DNA of 64,000 bases from a bacterium (GTDB lineage: Bacteria > Ratteibacteria > UBA8468 > B48-G9 > DSTR01): NCBI GenBank assembly GCA_029551285.1, contig JAKPFT010000087.1:168-64167 (forward strand), in the 5' to 3' direction. Of this stretch, positions 37,638 through 51,200 are shown in pieces (position 1 is the first letter of the stretch; every line of letters begins with the position of its first letter). The position numbers and the translations under genes are program-made. The notes under the pieces are model-generated. The model was not told the DNA's origin. It searched no databases and worked only from the letters and a program-made list of their open reading frames with translations.

Positions 37638-38009
37638 ATGCTCTTCCGACAGAAAGTCTTTGCGATTGTGGTCAGCCTTCTGGTGATCGTGGGTATTGTG
37701 GAACTGGTCAGGCGGAGAAAACTGGCTGAGGAATATTCCTTTCTCTGGCTGGTCACCGGTTTTCTGCTGCTTCTGGTGACAGTGAAACTTGACGTGCTGA
37801 TTTTCCTGAGCCGGCTGATTGGCGCAGAAGTACCCACCAACACCCTTTTCATTTTTGGCCTGATTTTTCTCATGCTGCTGGCCCTCCACTTTTCCCTTAA
37901 GTTTTCTCAGATGGCCAGCCAGATAAAGAACCTGGCTCAGGAAGTGGCGCTTCTTCAGAAAAAAGTTGAAGACCAGGGACAGTTTCTGAGCGGGGACGGC
38001 GCCCGGTGA
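37638..38009 (+). CDS. DUF2304 family membrane protein
   Basis: Three TM helices, YSFLWL, C-terminal LAQEVALL coiled coil; follows a GT2 gene. Confidence 0.8.
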   Translation: MLFRQKVFAIVVSLLVIVGIVELVRRRKLAEEYSFLWLVTGFLLLLVTVKLDVLIFLSRLIGAEVPTNTLFIFGLIFLMLLALHFSLKFSQMASQIKNLAQEVALLQKKVEDQGQFLSGDGAR

Positions 38010-39148
38010 GAACTCAGGTGATGCGTCTGTGTTTCATTGTTGACTACTACCTTCCCCATATTGGCGGTGGCGAGGTTTACGTTTCCGGACTGGCGGAAGA
38101 GCTAGTCCGGCGGGGTCATGCCTGTGTGGTGGTCACGGCAAGGTTTGACAGGAGATTGCCTGTCAGAGAAGTGATTAACGGCGTCACCGTTGTTAGAATT
38201 TCTCTGCCGCGGCCATCCCGTCTTTGTTTTTTTGTGTTGGGGTTACCGCGGATGATGGAGGAGGCGAGAAAATCTGATGTGGTCATCGGTGCTTCCTATG
38301 GCGGGGCAGTACCGGCCTTTCTAACCGGATTTTTCTCCGGAAGACCGTGCTGCCTGATTGTCTACGAATTCATGGCTGGATTGTGGAGAAACCTGGAGTC
38401 AAATCCGGTGAGGGCCTTTTTCTACCAGGCTGTGGAACGGCTGATTGCCGGGTTACCCTTTTCCTGCTTCCTGACGCTTTCCCGTTACACCAGAAATACT
38501 CTGAGGCTTCTGGGAGTAGCTGACAATAGGCTGGAAGTTGCTTACGGCGGTGTGGACCGGCTGGTAGAAGAAAGTATCAGCAAGGAAGGACACCGAAAGG
38601 TGGACTTTGGCTTCCCGGAAAATTCATTCGTTTTCCTGACCTCTGGCCGGACCGGCATCAGCAAAGGTATAGAGTTAATGGCTCAGGCGGCCGGTTTGAT
38701 TCTGAAAGCAAGGCCGGAAGCCCGTTTTGTTTTCATTGTCACTCCAGGACACCCTGGGAAATGGCAGCAAACAGTGGCCAGTCTTAACAAACTTCCACCA
38801 GACACCTTCAGGCTCATCCCGGGTCTGCCGCGGGAGAAACTGCTACTATACCTTGCTGCCGCTGACTGTGTTATCATTCCCTCATTGTCTGAAGGTTTTG
38901 GCTTTGCGGCTCTGGAAGCCTGCTTTTTTGGCAAGCGCGTTGTGGCCACCGATGCCGGTTCTCTTCCGGAAGTTGTCTTCGGGAGATACCGACTGGTAAA
39001 ACCCGGCTCGGTAAAGGCTCTGATGGAAGGTTGTCTCCAGGCGTTAAGGGACGAGCTGGAAGAGTCTCCAGTAAAAAATTTCTCCTGGTCAAAGACTGCC
39101 GGTAAGGTGGAAAACATCTGTCTGGGACTTCTCCGGAAATGGCGATGA
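38006..39148 (+). CDS. GT4 glycosyltransferase
   Basis: PHIGGGE, KG, PSLSEGFGFAALEA and GSLPEV. Confidence 0.9.
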   Translation: MRTQVMRLCFIVDYYLPHIGGGEVYVSGLAEELVRRGHACVVVTARFDRRLPVREVINGVTVVRISLPRPSRLCFFVLGLPRMMEEARKSDVVIGASYGGAVPAFLTGFFSGRPCCLIVYEFMAGLWRNLESNPVRAFFYQAVERLIAGLPFSCFLTLSRYTRNTLRLLGVADNRLEVAYGGVDRLVEESISKEGHRKVDFGFPENSFVFLTSGRTGISKGIELMAQAAGLILKARPEARFVFIVTPGHPGKWQQTVASLNKLPPDTFRLIPGLPREKLLLYLAAADCVIIPSLSEGFGFAALEACFFGKRVVATDAGSLPEVVFGRYRLVKPGSVKALMEGCLQALRDELEESPVKNFSWSKTAGKVENICLGLLRKWR

Positions 39149-40092
39149 AACAGTGTCTTTTCTGCGGTCAAAAGGTTTTTGTCCAGCGCTATTGTGGTAT
39201 TCCGGACCGGCTGGGCATGAGTAAAAAGTTGCACGCCATCTTAGAATGTGCTTTTTGTCACTCCTTTCAGGTGGAGCCGATACCTTCGGCAGAGGAAATG
39301 GCCCGGCTTTACCCGCCAGCTTATGCCTTCAAAGAAACCACCGGCGGTCCCGGCCGAAGATTCTGGAACAGGATTGAATGGCAGATTTTTTATGCTCCGG
39401 TGCTGAGAGCGTGTGTTAATCTTGTCAGAAGACATACGGGCGTTGAGCAGGGGAAAATTCTGGATATCGGTTGTGGCAGCGGGCTGAGACTGAAGGAGTT
39501 TTCCCGGGCCGGTTTTCAGACAGAAGGGGTTGATTTCTCTAAGGAAGATGTTGACTACGCCAGGGAAAAACTGGGGCTGGCCGTCACCAGAGTCAACATT
39601 GAAGAAGAAAACTTGCCAGAGGGTAACTATGAGCTGGTGATGGCCTACTGGGTGATGGAGCACCTGAGAGAACCGGCTCTTCTAACAAGAAAGATTTACG
39701 CTGCGCTCAAATCAGGCGGCTGGGCAGTTTGTGGTGTGCCGCTGAGTGACAGTCTGGTCTCAAGGGTTTTCCGCGGCCGCTGGAGCGCGGTCAGAGAAGC
39801 GCCCAGGCACCTTGGTATTCCTTCCCGGAAAGGTATGAGAGAACTTCTGAAGCAGGCCGGATTTCAAAAAGTCTTCTGGAAACCGGTGTCTCTTTTTGAG
39901 CTGGCCGGTGATGTGGCTCTTTCGCTCTGGCCCAGGGGAAACTTTGTTCTCACCCAGAACAAACCAGGCTGGGTCGGTGTGGGTGACCGGCTGATGACAG
40001 GTTTTTTGACCCTGCTGGGCCTGCCGCTGGTGGGCCTGATTACCATCCTGAAGTTCCCGCCAGGGTTGACAGTCTTCTTCGCTCAGAAGTAG
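39139..40092 (+). CDS. Class I SAM-dependent methyltransferase with N-terminal Zn finger
   Basis: CxxC..CxxC, LDIGCGSG, VMEH and PRH. Confidence 0.88.
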   Translation: MAMKQCLFCGQKVFVQRYCGIPDRLGMSKKLHAILECAFCHSFQVEPIPSAEEMARLYPPAYAFKETTGGPGRRFWNRIEWQIFYAPVLRACVNLVRRHTGVEQGKILDIGCGSGLRLKEFSRAGFQTEGVDFSKEDVDYAREKLGLAVTRVNIEEENLPEGNYELVMAYWVMEHLREPALLTRKIYAALKSGGWAVCGVPLSDSLVSRVFRGRWSAVREAPRHLGIPSRKGMRELLKQAGFQKVFWKPVSLFELAGDVALSLWPRGNFVLTQNKPGWVGVGDRLMTGFLTLLGLPLVGLITILKFPPGLTVFFAQK

Positions 40093-40114
40093 TTCAAAGG
40101 AGTTCGGGAACAAC

Positions 40115-42277
40115 ATGAAGAAGCGGATTAAACCCGACGGTATTGACCGGAAAGACTTAAGCGGCAGCCAGATTATCCTTCTAACGGTGCTTTTGGTGCT
40201 TGCTGGTTTTTTGCTTTACTGGCCTTCCATGAAAGGTCCCTTTGTTCTTGACGATTACCACTCCATTCTTTCTAACAGGGCTCTTCAGACATTCAATCCA
40301 GCCGCTCTCTGGAATTTCACCAGAACCCGCTTTCTGACTTATTTCACGCTGGCGGCTAACTGGCGTCTGTCAGGGGAAAAGACTTTCAGTTACCATCTGG
40401 TGAATGTAGCCATCCACCTTCTGGCCACTTTTTCTTTCTGGCTTCTGGTCACCCTTTTGTTAAGAACACCAGGATTGGAAAAGACAAAACCTGCTGGACC
40501 GCCGGTCTTAACCGGTCTTGTGGCGGCAGCAGTTTTCCTGGTTCACCCAGTGGCTACCCAGGCGGTCAGCTACCTTGTTCAGCGCGCTACTTCTCTGGCA
40601 ACCTTTTTTTATCTTACCAGTGTGGTTCTTTTCTTAAAATTTCGGATGGCTGAAGGTGCTCTTCGGAAAGGAAAATGGCGATGGTACCTGCTGGCCGTGC
40701 TGACCACCTGGGCGGCGATGTTCACCAAGGAAATCTGTTTTACGCTGCCGGTGATGATAGTGATGGTTGACCTTCTTACTTTCCCCGGGAAAAAGTGGCG
40801 AGGAAGAATTTTATGTTATCTCCCATTTCTTGTCTCTCTAAGTTTCATCCCACTACTGCTTGTTGCCACAAAGAACTTTAACCTGGGCGAGTTAGGCCGG
40901 GTGGCAGAGCCAGCCGGGGCTATTTCTCCCTGGCATTACCTTTGCACTCAGTTCCGGGTCCTGGTAACTTACCTTCGTCTCCTGATTCTTCCAATCAACC
41001 AGAACCTTGACTACCAGTACACGCTTTTTCGCAGTTTTTTCCATGTGCCGGTGGTGGCCAGTTTTATTCTGCTGTTGCTGGTGGCACTTGGTGGCATCTT
41101 TGCCTGGTGGCGGGGAAACCGGCTGGCTGGCCTGGCCGTTCTCTGGTTTTTTCTGACACTTTCTGTGGAATCAAGTTTTATTCCCATAAGTGACCTCATT
41201 TTTGAGCACCGGCTCTACCTGCCGCTGGCCGGCTATGCCATGGCGTTTGCTTCTGGTTTTTACTGGTGCCAGCGTGAAGGCAGCCGCAGACTGGCTAACC
41301 TAACTCTATTTCTGCTGATGATTCTTTATTCAAGCCTCACCCTTCAGCGAAACTTTCTCTGGGCAGACGATTTAAAACTCTGGCTGGACACCGCGGCCAG
41401 GAGTCCGAACAAAGCCCGCGTCCTTAACAACCTGGGTGCAGTTTACAACAACCGCCGCCAGTATCAGCAGGCCGTCCAGGTTCTGAGTCGGGGTCTTTTC
41501 TTCGCTCCGCGTTTTTATCCACTCTACCTCAACCGCGGTCGGGCCTTGATGGAATTAGGTGACACCCGGGCCGCCCTTTCTGATTTTCTTTCAGGGCTGG
41601 CTCTCCAGCCAGAAGCCGGTGATATTCATCTCAACATTGCGGTCCTTTATGCCCAGTTAGGCGATTATCAGAAAGCCCTGTACCATCATCAGCGCTCCAT
41701 TGAACTGCTGCCGGACAGCGCCACAGCCTACAACAACCGGGCTTCCACCTATACCCGGATGGGATATTACGACTTAGCCATCGCTGACTGCGAGAAAGCA
41801 CTTTCTCTCAACCCGAAACTGGCTGAGGCTTGTTTTAACTTAGCCAGTGCCTGGGAAGAGAAAGGGGACAGAGAAAGGGCAGTCAGGTACTACACCAGAG
41901 CCATTGAGGTCAAACCTGATTATTTTGACGCCTATACCAATCGCGGGACAACCTATCGTTTTCTGGGTCAGACCGAGAAAGCCCTCGCCGACTACAGCCG
42001 GGCGATTTCCCTGAAGCCTGATAATCCTGGTGCCTATAACAACCGGGGCAATATCTATCTGGAGCGTCGTGAATATCAACGAGCCATTCAAGATTATAAC
42101 CAGACCTTGAATCTTCAGCCGGCGCATGCGGTGGCTTACTTTAACCGGGCGGTAGCCTACTTCAACCTTAAGGATTACCGTCAGGCCGCCGAAGATGTCA
42201 GAAAGGCGCAGCAGTTAGGGCTGAAGGTGCCGGCTGACTTCCTCCAGTTGCTCTCCTCAGTCGGAGCCAATCCCTGA
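40115..42277 (+). CDS. TMTC-like GT-C membrane glycosyltransferase with TPR repeats
   Basis: First-loop DD (FVLDDY), YHLVN..H, HP..TQAV.Y..QR, KE, EHRLYLP; multiple TM helices; C-terminal TPRs. Confidence 0.85.
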   Translation: MKKRIKPDGIDRKDLSGSQIILLTVLLVLAGFLLYWPSMKGPFVLDDYHSILSNRALQTFNPAALWNFTRTRFLTYFTLAANWRLSGEKTFSYHLVNVAIHLLATFSFWLLVTLLLRTPGLEKTKPAGPPVLTGLVAAAVFLVHPVATQAVSYLVQRATSLATFFYLTSVVLFLKFRMAEGALRKGKWRWYLLAVLTTWAAMFTKEICFTLPVMIVMVDLLTFPGKKWRGRILCYLPFLVSLSFIPLLLVATKNFNLGELGRVAEPAGAISPWHYLCTQFRVLVTYLRLLILPINQNLDYQYTLFRSFFHVPVVASFILLLLVALGGIFAWWRGNRLAGLAVLWFFLTLSVESSFIPISDLIFEHRLYLPLAGYAMAFASGFYWCQREGSRRLANLTLFLLMILYSSLTLQRNFLWADDLKLWLDTAARSPNKARVLNNLGAVYNNRRQYQQAVQVLSRGLFFAPRFYPLYLNRGRALMELGDTRAALSDFLSGLALQPEAGDIHLNIAVLYAQLGDYQKALYHHQRSIELLPDSATAYNNRASTYTRMGYYDLAIADCEKALSLNPKLAEACFNLASAWEEKGDRERAVRYYTRAIEVKPDYFDAYTNRGTTYRFLGQTEKALADYSRAISLKPDNPGAYNNRGNIYLERREYQRAIQDYNQTLNLQPAHAVAYFNRAVAYFNLKDYRQAAEDVRKAQQLGLKVPADFLQLLSSVGANP

Positions 42278-45200
42278 TTACGGCGTGTCCGTGAGAGAAA
42301 GGGCCCGCCGGAGAATTCTAATCACATCAAGGATGGTGACCGCGCTGTCTTCGTCCAGGTCAGCCACCGCAGGCCTGGCCACTTCCAGACCCAGGGCCAT
42401 TCTCAGACACACCATCACATCAAGAATGTCAATGGTGTCGTCTCCGTTCAGGTCGGCTTTCCCGTTCCAGAGGACCGGCACCGGTACCAGTTTATCGGCG
42501 GTGTCACCACTGGCCCTGGGAGACAGTTGTCCCCAGAACCAGAGCGAGCCGTTAGCCTTCACGGCCAGGGTAGCACTTTCAGCCACAGAGACGCTCACCC
42601 AGTCAGTTTCCTGACCCACCCTCACCGGAACGACCCGGTCCACGCTGGAGCCATCGCCCAGCCGGCCATAGCCGTTGTGTCCCCAGGTCCAGAGAGAACC
42701 ATCTTTCTTCAACGCCGCGCTGTGGGCTTCGCCAGCCGAGATGGCTACCCAGTCGGCTCCGCTGAGCATCACCGGATAAGGCCGGTCCACAGTGGTCCCA
42801 TCACCTAACTGGCCGTACCAGTTAGAACCCCAGGCCCAGAGCGTGCCGTTGGTCTTAAGCGCTATGGTATAACTTGTTCCAGCCGAGATGGCCAGCCAGT
42901 CAGTATCAAAGCCGATACGCACCGGGCTGGGCCGGTCAAGGTAAGTACCGTCGCCTAACTGCCCGCAACTGTTGTCACCCCAGGCCCAGAGCGTGCCGTC
43001 GGCTTTAAGGGCCACGGTGTGGCGGCCACCAGCGGAAACAGCCTTCCAGTTGTTGGCAGTACCGACCTGCTGGGGTAGATGATGGCTGCTGATGCTGCCG
43101 TCACCTAACTGTCCGCAACTGTTATCGCCCCAGGTCCAGAGCGTCCCATCGCCTCTGATGGCGGCGCTGTGTTTTCTTCCGGCAGAGACAGCCTGCCAGA
43201 ACTGGCTGCTGATGAGAAGCGGTTGGTTTCTGCTGGCGGTGGAACCATCGCCTAACTGGCCACAGTCATTTTCACCCCAGGCCCAGAGGCTACCATCACT
43301 GGCAATAGCCAGGCTATGACTGGTTCCGGTGGAGACGCGGCTCCAGGTCTTCTCAGGCAGCACCGGCACCGGCTGGCTCTTGCTCACCGTGGAACCATCG
43401 CCCAGCTGGCCGGCGCTATTTTCGCCCCAGGTCCAGAGGGTGCCGTCAGCCTTGACAGCAGCAGCGTAACTGCCACCGCCTTTCGTGCTGCGCCAATCAG
43501 TGGCGATACCGACCTGGGTGGGCGTGCTCTTGCTGGTTCGGGTGCCATCGCCTAACTGACCATAAGCATTGCTTCCCCAGGCCCAGAGTGTTCCGTTGGT
43601 GCCGTCATAGCGCAGTCCGAGGGAGTGCTGTCCGCCAGCGGCAATGGAAACCCAGGTGTTTTCCAGTCCTACCCGGTTGGGCAATTTGTTCATGGTTTCG
43701 CTGTTGACATCTTCGGAGACGCCCAACTGGCCATAGGTGTTGTTACCCCAGGCCCAGAGGGTACCGTCTTTCTTAATGGCCAGGGTGTGAGCCCATCCGG
43801 CTTCCACATCCTGCCAGTTGGTATCACTGTTAACCTGGGTTGGAGTTGAGGCTGGCCCGGTGCCGCCGGTGCCTAACTGGCCGTAGTCGTTGGCGCCCCA
43901 GGCGTAAAGAAGACCATTGCTCTTGACCGCCACCGAGTGGTACCAGCCAGCAGTAATCTTTGCCCAGTTGGTTTCCGAACCTATCTTTCTGGGCAGATAG
44001 AAATCCGTGGAGCTGCTGGTCCGGCCTAACTGACCGTAGGCGTTGTTGCCCCAGGACCAGATTGTGCCGTCGCTCTTCATCGCCAGGGTGTGGAACCAGC
44101 CGCAGGCCACAGCCACCCAGTTATTCTCGGTGCCAATCCGCACCGGCGAGTACCGGGTGACCGTAGTTCCGTCACCTAACTGGCCATAACTGTTCTGACC
44201 CCAGGCCCAGAGAGACCCGTCAGACTTGAGAGCCACCGTATGAGCCGAGCCAGCAGAAACGGCTACCCAGTCGCTATCCAGACCAATCTGCACCGGTGTT
44301 AGCCTGTTGGTGGCTGTGCCATCGCCTAACTGACCGTAGTTGTTAGCGCCCCAGGCCCAGAGGGTCCCATCGGTCTTGATGGCCAGGGAGTGGGAATGAC
44401 CGGCGGCTACGAGGCTCCAGTTGGTGTCCGTGCCAATCTGTACCGGCACCAGGGCGTCGTTATTGGTGCCATCGCCAATCTGGCCGGAGTTATTGCGTCC
44501 CCAGGCCCAGAGGGTTCCGTTACGTTTAATCCCTAAGGAATGGAACTGGCCCGCGGCAATCTTGCCCGGCGCAAAGTTGGACGGACCGGAGGCTACGGAA
44601 ACAGTTACTGTGACCAGTTCTGTTTCGGTATAAGCGTCGTCATTGATTCTGACGGTTGCGGAATAACTTAGTCCAGGCACCAGGTTGGTCCGGTTCACAG
44701 TCACACTGACGGAAACTGGCTGGTCGCTGACAGTGCCATTGGCCGGCACGATACTGGTAATCCAGTCGGCTCCCTGCTGATAAATCACCGTGCTCAGCCA
44801 GGCAACAGAACCTGTGCCGGCATTAGCCAGGTTGAAACTCATGGTGTTGATGGTGGTGCCGAAATTGAGCGTGGCTGGATTAACCGTCAGGTTGGGCGTG
44901 ACCACCATGCGCACCGGTATGGTTCTCACCTGGCTTCCGGCAGTGACGGTGATGTCACTGTTGTAAGTGCCGACAGGTAGTCCCTGGCGGTTGACTTCCA
45001 CCACCACGGTATCCACTTCTGTAGTGGTCGTGCCGGAAGCCGGGCTAATACTGGTAATCCAGGCAGCGGTCCTGGTAATGTTCCAGTTCAGGGTTCCGCC
45101 GCCGGTATTTCTGATGTTTAACTGCAGACTGGTGAGACTTCTGTCAAAGTCAAGGCTATCCGGCGTGACCAAAAGTTCCGGTGAAGCCACGGCCATCATA

Positions 45201-48200
45201 ATGGTCACCGCGGTATTGTTGGCGTTGCTGGTTACCGGCAAAGCAGCAGTGTAGTTACCGGCACTCAGGCCGTTTCGGGAAACAGTGACCGTCACGGTGG
45301 TGGAACTTCCACCAGACAGCACTCCGTTGCTGGGCGAGGCGCTGACAACCCAGTTGTTTCCCTGCTGGTAGACGGCTGTGCCCAGTGACCAGTTCAGCAG
45401 ACCTGTTCCCGTATTGGTAATGGTGAAACTGGCCGTCTCGGTGGTGAAGCCAAAGTCAAGGGAAGCCGGCTGAACTGACAGGGCCGGGCCTACCAGAGAA
45501 AAACTGTTGCCCAGCAGATACTCACCGGAAAGATGAGCCGTCCCGGTTCCGGTAACAAACTTCAGTCCTTCACCGGTAGGCGAGGAGCAGATAGAACGGA
45601 TTTCGCCTCTGATGGTATCGCCTAAGGTGGCGACGGAATTTCCCTTGACCACGATGAAGAAGTAGGTTCCAGGGTTATCCGGAATCAGGGTATCGGCGTT
45701 GCTGGCAAAGGTCATCCGGACTCTGGTGGCATCAATCCAGGTAATACTGGTGGGTGTCACAAAGGTATCAGACTGGCTGGAGAAAACACCGTTACCGGTA
45801 TCCCGGTAAAGTGCCACGCCGCTGTCGCTGGTGATGCCCAGAGGTGCCAGGTCAGAGACGACATTGGTGCCGGTGAAGTAAACATTCACTTCCCGCAGGT
45901 AGTTGGCTTCCGCAGAGGTGCTATCGTAAGCGTGGATTCTGATGATGGCTTTCTGCTCTGACCTGGAGATGGTGTCGTTGGTGCTCACCAGATCCGTTAA
46001 AAAGACTGGCAGCCGGGCCGTAACCGCCCCTGTAGTAAGATTGGTGTCGCCGTAAGAGCGGCCAGCCGAGAAGACCAAGGCATTGGAAGGCAGGGACAAA
46101 CTAAAGCTATCCTTGTACTCCAGATTCTCGCCGGTCCGGAAGACAAGGAAGTAGGTCGGACCATTCTGACTGAAAGCAGTGGGTAATGGTTCCGGCGAGA
46201 CCAGGTTTAAGTCAATGTACCGGCCAAGGATAGTGCGGCCGCGGCCCAGGAAGTAAAGGCCTTCACCGCTGTCGTACTGGCCATTGCTGTTCCCATCACG
46301 ATAAGCAAAGCCATACTCTCCGGAGGAGACATCAATTCCGGTGGTGCCTGCGGTAACTGTTCCCGCCAGCAAAGTTTCGCCGTTATCGTATCTTTTGTTA
46401 CCGTTGGCGTCAACCCACAGGGCGTCGCCAGGGCTCCAGAAGCCATTGGCATCCTGGTCGTACCACGAGACTTTATCGCTGGCGGCAAAGAGGGAGAGCC
46501 GGCTTCCCTCAGGGGCTACCTGACCGGTAATGTAACCGCTGCTGTCTGACTGCCAGCCAGAGGAAGTTACCGGCACAAGCGTGTCTGTAGCCGGGTTGAA
46601 AATTCCGTCACCGTTGTCCCGCCACAGGGAAAGGCCGCTGCTTCTGGTGCTGGAAATTGAGGCTAAAGCCTGGCCTGGCGTGGGCAACGAGCCGGCTGGC
46701 GCCAGTGGATTGAAGTAAACCCGCAGACTGTTCAGGGTAGTATTGGCCGCAAGGTCGCAAACGCTGATGCCGATGGCTGCCACCGGGTCAGAAGTGGCGT
46801 CCACTCCGGTGCCATTGGGACCAATAAGGTCAGTCAGCACCAGAGGACTGAAGTAGGGATTACCGCTGATGACATTGGTGCTCAGTTTGGCGAAACTGAA
46901 GCCGTTGACCTTCAGCACCCTGACCTGGTCTCCACCGGCGACCCCGGCCGTGACAAAATTGGCGCCTGCGCAGGTGACCACTGTTCTGGTGTGGTCCACC
47001 GAAACAATCCGGTAAACCTTTCCGGCAGCTGCTCCGCTTTTTACCAGCAGGTACCAGTCCTGGGTGAAATCGTTGCCAGTATCATTCAGCGCTGCCGTGA
47101 GGGTTAATTTCTCCGGTTCCGGTCCTGCTGAAGCCACCACGGCTTCTTGGTAAAGTTTACTGGTGGGGTCAGCCGCGACCTTAGTTCCATAACCCACACC
47201 GTAACTGCGCAGCGGCTCAATATTGCTGCCGTGGATTCTCACCTGGAAAGTATCGCTGTCTTCCATACTGGCACTGGCCCGTAGCACCACAAAGAACGTG
47301 CTGCCGGTGGTTGACACCTGGGGTGGATTTTCCGGCTGAATGAGGAAGCGATAGTAGGGCTCATCACTCCGGGAAAGCGATGACGGCGCCACTACCGGCA
47401 CGACCAGCTGGTCTTCTTCGTCAAAGACACCGTTTTTGTTGCTGTCAGCGTAAAGCGCCAGACCGCTGTTTTTATCGCGGGTGAAGAAGGCTAAGTCAGA
47501 AAGGTTAAACCCGGTGCCCGGGATAAGATGGACCACCACACTCTGCAGGTAAACTGTCTCCACACCAGTTTCATCGCTGCTGTAAGCGGTAAACTTCATC
47601 ACGGCTGTCGGTGCCCCTGACGGGTTCATCCGCTGGCCGGCCCGGGTAAGGTCGCTCAAGAGTGTGGTGACATTGGCCACGATGGGCTGACTACCGTCTT
47701 TTTCCCGGTCAGCGTCAGAGTTTAGACCGCCAGCAGCCGAAGCGTGGCCGCTGATACTGACATCGGTGGCTCCGACACTCACCTGGATTTTGTCCTGATA
47801 CTTCAGGGTTGAGGAAGTTCTCAAGATAATGAAGTAGTCGTCTCCGCGGTTGGCTCCGGTATCGTTAGCCAGAACATTGCCGCTGACGGCAATGGCTGTT
47901 TCTGGCTGGACAATGCCGGTAAGTTTTCCGTTTTCGTAGACCCAGGAATGGCTGTGAATCGGGACAAAGATGTCGCTGGCATCAAAACTGCCAACCAGAC
48001 CCGCGGCCTTGTTGTCCCGGTAAAGCATCAAACCGGAAGGCACAACTGCGCCGGCCGGCGGCGTTCCTCCGGAGATAGGCAGAAAATCGCTGGCGCTTAG
48101 CCCGTCTCCAGAAAGCGTGACCTTGATGTAGTCTAATGTTTCCGTGGAATTTGTTCCGAAGGCCAGGTTAACACCGATAATCGGAATGTTGCTGCTTCTG

Positions 48201-51200
48201 GGGTCAATGTACCTGGCAGTTATGTCAGAGAGAGCAAAGACCAGCGGGGCAGCCGCCACTTTGCTTTCGGCAATGGAAAGAGCCTCTTTTGCTGCCTGGG
48301 GCACCTGGACAAAACTAATGTCGCCCTGTTTGATAAAGGTTTTGAAGCTGGCGCCGTAAGGCACATTATTCTGGCTCACCCGGACGACCACAAAGAAGTC
48401 GCTCCTGCCATCGCTGGTTGCTGGCAGGGCCGCGTTGGCCGCCGTAGCGTCAAGGTAGATGGTCAACGTGGTATTGTCGTCACCGTCTGTTCCCCAGGTA
48501 AACCCGTTCGTTCCCCGGGTAGCATCCACGGGAACAGCCGTATCAACCGCAGCGTCAAAAATTCCGTTGTTGTTGGTATCCGCATAGATAGCCACGCCGG
48601 ACTGTCCGGGGTTAACCGCATTCAGGGCAGTCAGGGTGGTCTTCGGGTCAAAGCGGCCGCCGCTGGTGTCCTTGAAGGTAACGGTGACACTATTTAGCAC
48701 TAACTCCTGGTAGGTGGCGAGGGCTTTCTGCACTCCGGCGTTGCCAGCGGCATCAATGCCTAACAGGGCTGTTGGCGTATCAATCGGCAGAACCATCGGC
48801 CGGCTGGTAAACTTAGTAAGGTTAGCCGTCTCGCCATCCAGGTTGTCGTCAGTGAGGTAATGCTGATACCGGTATCGGGTAATCAGGTCGGCATTATCCG
48901 CCAGCATCAGGTAGTTCTTTCCGGGTTCGCTCATCTCTTCCGGGATGGAGTAGTCAAAACCGGTCACGGAAACAAGGTCGTTGATGGCCGCTTCAGCGAC
49001 GATGGTGTTGGTGGTAGTTGTTCCGGCTGGCGTGTAAGGAGCGTCCACATCGTTGGTGGCGATGATGAAGTTACTCACTCCCACCGCAAAGCGCAGTCCG
49101 TAAGGTAATGCCGCAGTCGTCTTCAGTGCCAGGTAGTAGTCAGCGCCGGCCGAAGCGCCGGTATCGTCTGCGGGCAGGTCTTCCGGCGTGGTCAGGGTGC
49201 AGGTAGCAGTATAGACACCCGGGGCCGGTGAGGTCCAGGCCGAAAGTGTGGTTGCTACATTGTTGTCCAGGGCACTGAACCAGCCGTTATCCACCGGACT
49301 GTCGTCCCGGTAAACGGCCAGGGAGAAGAAAGTGTTAAGGGTATCGGTGTCAAAACTGACACTGTCAGTCAGGTCAACATCGGTGAAGGTAACATCAAAA
49401 GATTTCCACTTCCCTGGTGCCGTCGCTTCGGAGAAGATGTTAATTCCAAAAAGCGCCAGACCTCTGTCAGCGCTGTCCGGACCGTTGTTCGGAAGAACTC
49501 CCTGGTTAACTGCCGGATAAGCGGTAGCCGTCAAACCGCGGTTCACCGGAACCATTCTGGCGACCAGGGAGCGGTTAGCGTTCATGGTGATGACAATCGG
49601 GTTTTTGGTGGAACCTTCCACCGGCTCGTTGCTATTATCCAGGCCGCCGCCGCTCCAGGATGCGAAGACATAGCCAGCCGCGGGAACCGCGGTAATCGTG
49701 ACCGGTGTGAAACCGTCAGGATAGAAGCCCACCGGATAGGTAACCCCGCCGCTGGTAGGTTCAGCCTGGACCGAACCGCTGCCGGCAGGAGAAACAGACA
49801 GGGAAAGTTGCCGGTCGCCAGGATTGCCGGGAACAAAGTGGGCTTCTACGGTATGGCCCTGGTTCATGGTGATGGTAATGAACGGCTGGGTAACCGGGCT
49901 GTCCACTCCGTCCACAACCCACTTGCTGAACTGATTTCCGGCGTTGGCAGTGGCGGCGATGATGACCACTTCTCCCGCCTGCCGCCAGGCTGAACCAGAC
50001 GGCCAGACACTGCCACTTCCCACTGCGGTCACGGTCAACTGGTACTCGCTAATCCACTGCCAGGTGATGGTGGAATTCTGGTTGATGGTGAAAGTAACCA
50101 TGGTGCCGGTACCGGTGGCTGGCACACTGCCAGTGCCTGTCCATCCGGTGCAGACATACCTTGTTCCGCTGGGCGCGTTGGTGTCTGGAGAAGTCACCGA
50201 ACAGGTTACCTGCGCATCCCGGCCGTAGAAAGTGGTGCCTACCGGTGGCACCGGACTGTCATACAGCGAAGCCACGGTCAGGGAAATAAGCGTTCCGATC
50301 AAACTGCTGGTGGCGCGATACTCTTCGGAAGTTTCCGGAATTCCTGCAGGCGAAGAAAACTTCAAACCTTCGCCCTGCACGACAGAAAGTGAAGAACGGA
50401 TTTCCGCGGTGATAGTATTTCCTGAAGTAAGCACCTCGCTGGAGTGAAGCACGATGAAGTAGTCGTTTTTGTGTTCAGGGTCATCTGTATCTGGCACCGG
50501 CGCCGCACCGTCGGCAAACCTGATTCTCACCCGGTCGCTGCCGACATAGGAGATGGAAAGCGGCTGGACAAAAGTATCTGTGTTTCTGTCAAAAATTCCG
50601 TCGCCATTGTCCTTCCAGAGGCCTACGCCACTACTTGCGCCGGTGGAGAGGAAGGCCAGGTCTCCGAAAACATTGGTCCCGGTTAAGTAAAGATTCACTT
50701 CAGAGAAATAATGCTGGTGGGCCGGGATGGGATTTCCTGGTGGGTCTTCGTCTAACTGGTCGTCGTAAAGGTTAATACCGATGACTGCGTGGTACTCATC
50801 CTTGTAGATTCTGTCTCCAGCCTGCACTAAGTTGTTAAGGAATACTGGAATTCTGGCAGTAACGACGTTGGTGGTGAGGTTGGTGTTGGCGTAGGAATAA
50901 CCGGAGGAGTAAGTGACCGCATTGGCCGGCAGGGACAGACTGAACTGGTCGGTAAACTTGATTTTATCTCCGGTGCGGAAGGCGATGAAGAAGTCAGTCA
51001 GTCCGTTGTTGTCATTAGCCGGCACGGAAACTACAGGGCTCAGGTGTAAGTCGGCAAAGTAGCCTAAAACCTTTCTGCCCCTTCCTAAGAAGTAGATGTC
51101 TTCGCCGTCGTCCCAGACCCCGTCACTATCTTCATCGTAGTAAGCAAATCCATAAAGATTGTTGTGAAGCAGCACACCGTACTCGTTCCCGGTCAGACTT

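Noticed and set aside
42480..44570. CRISPR-like or DGR-like periodic DNA repeats (CCCCAGGCCCAGAG, CCTAACTG)
   Set aside because: These are codon-level echoes of RCC1 repeats; there are no cas genes, reverse transcriptase or adenine-specific variation.
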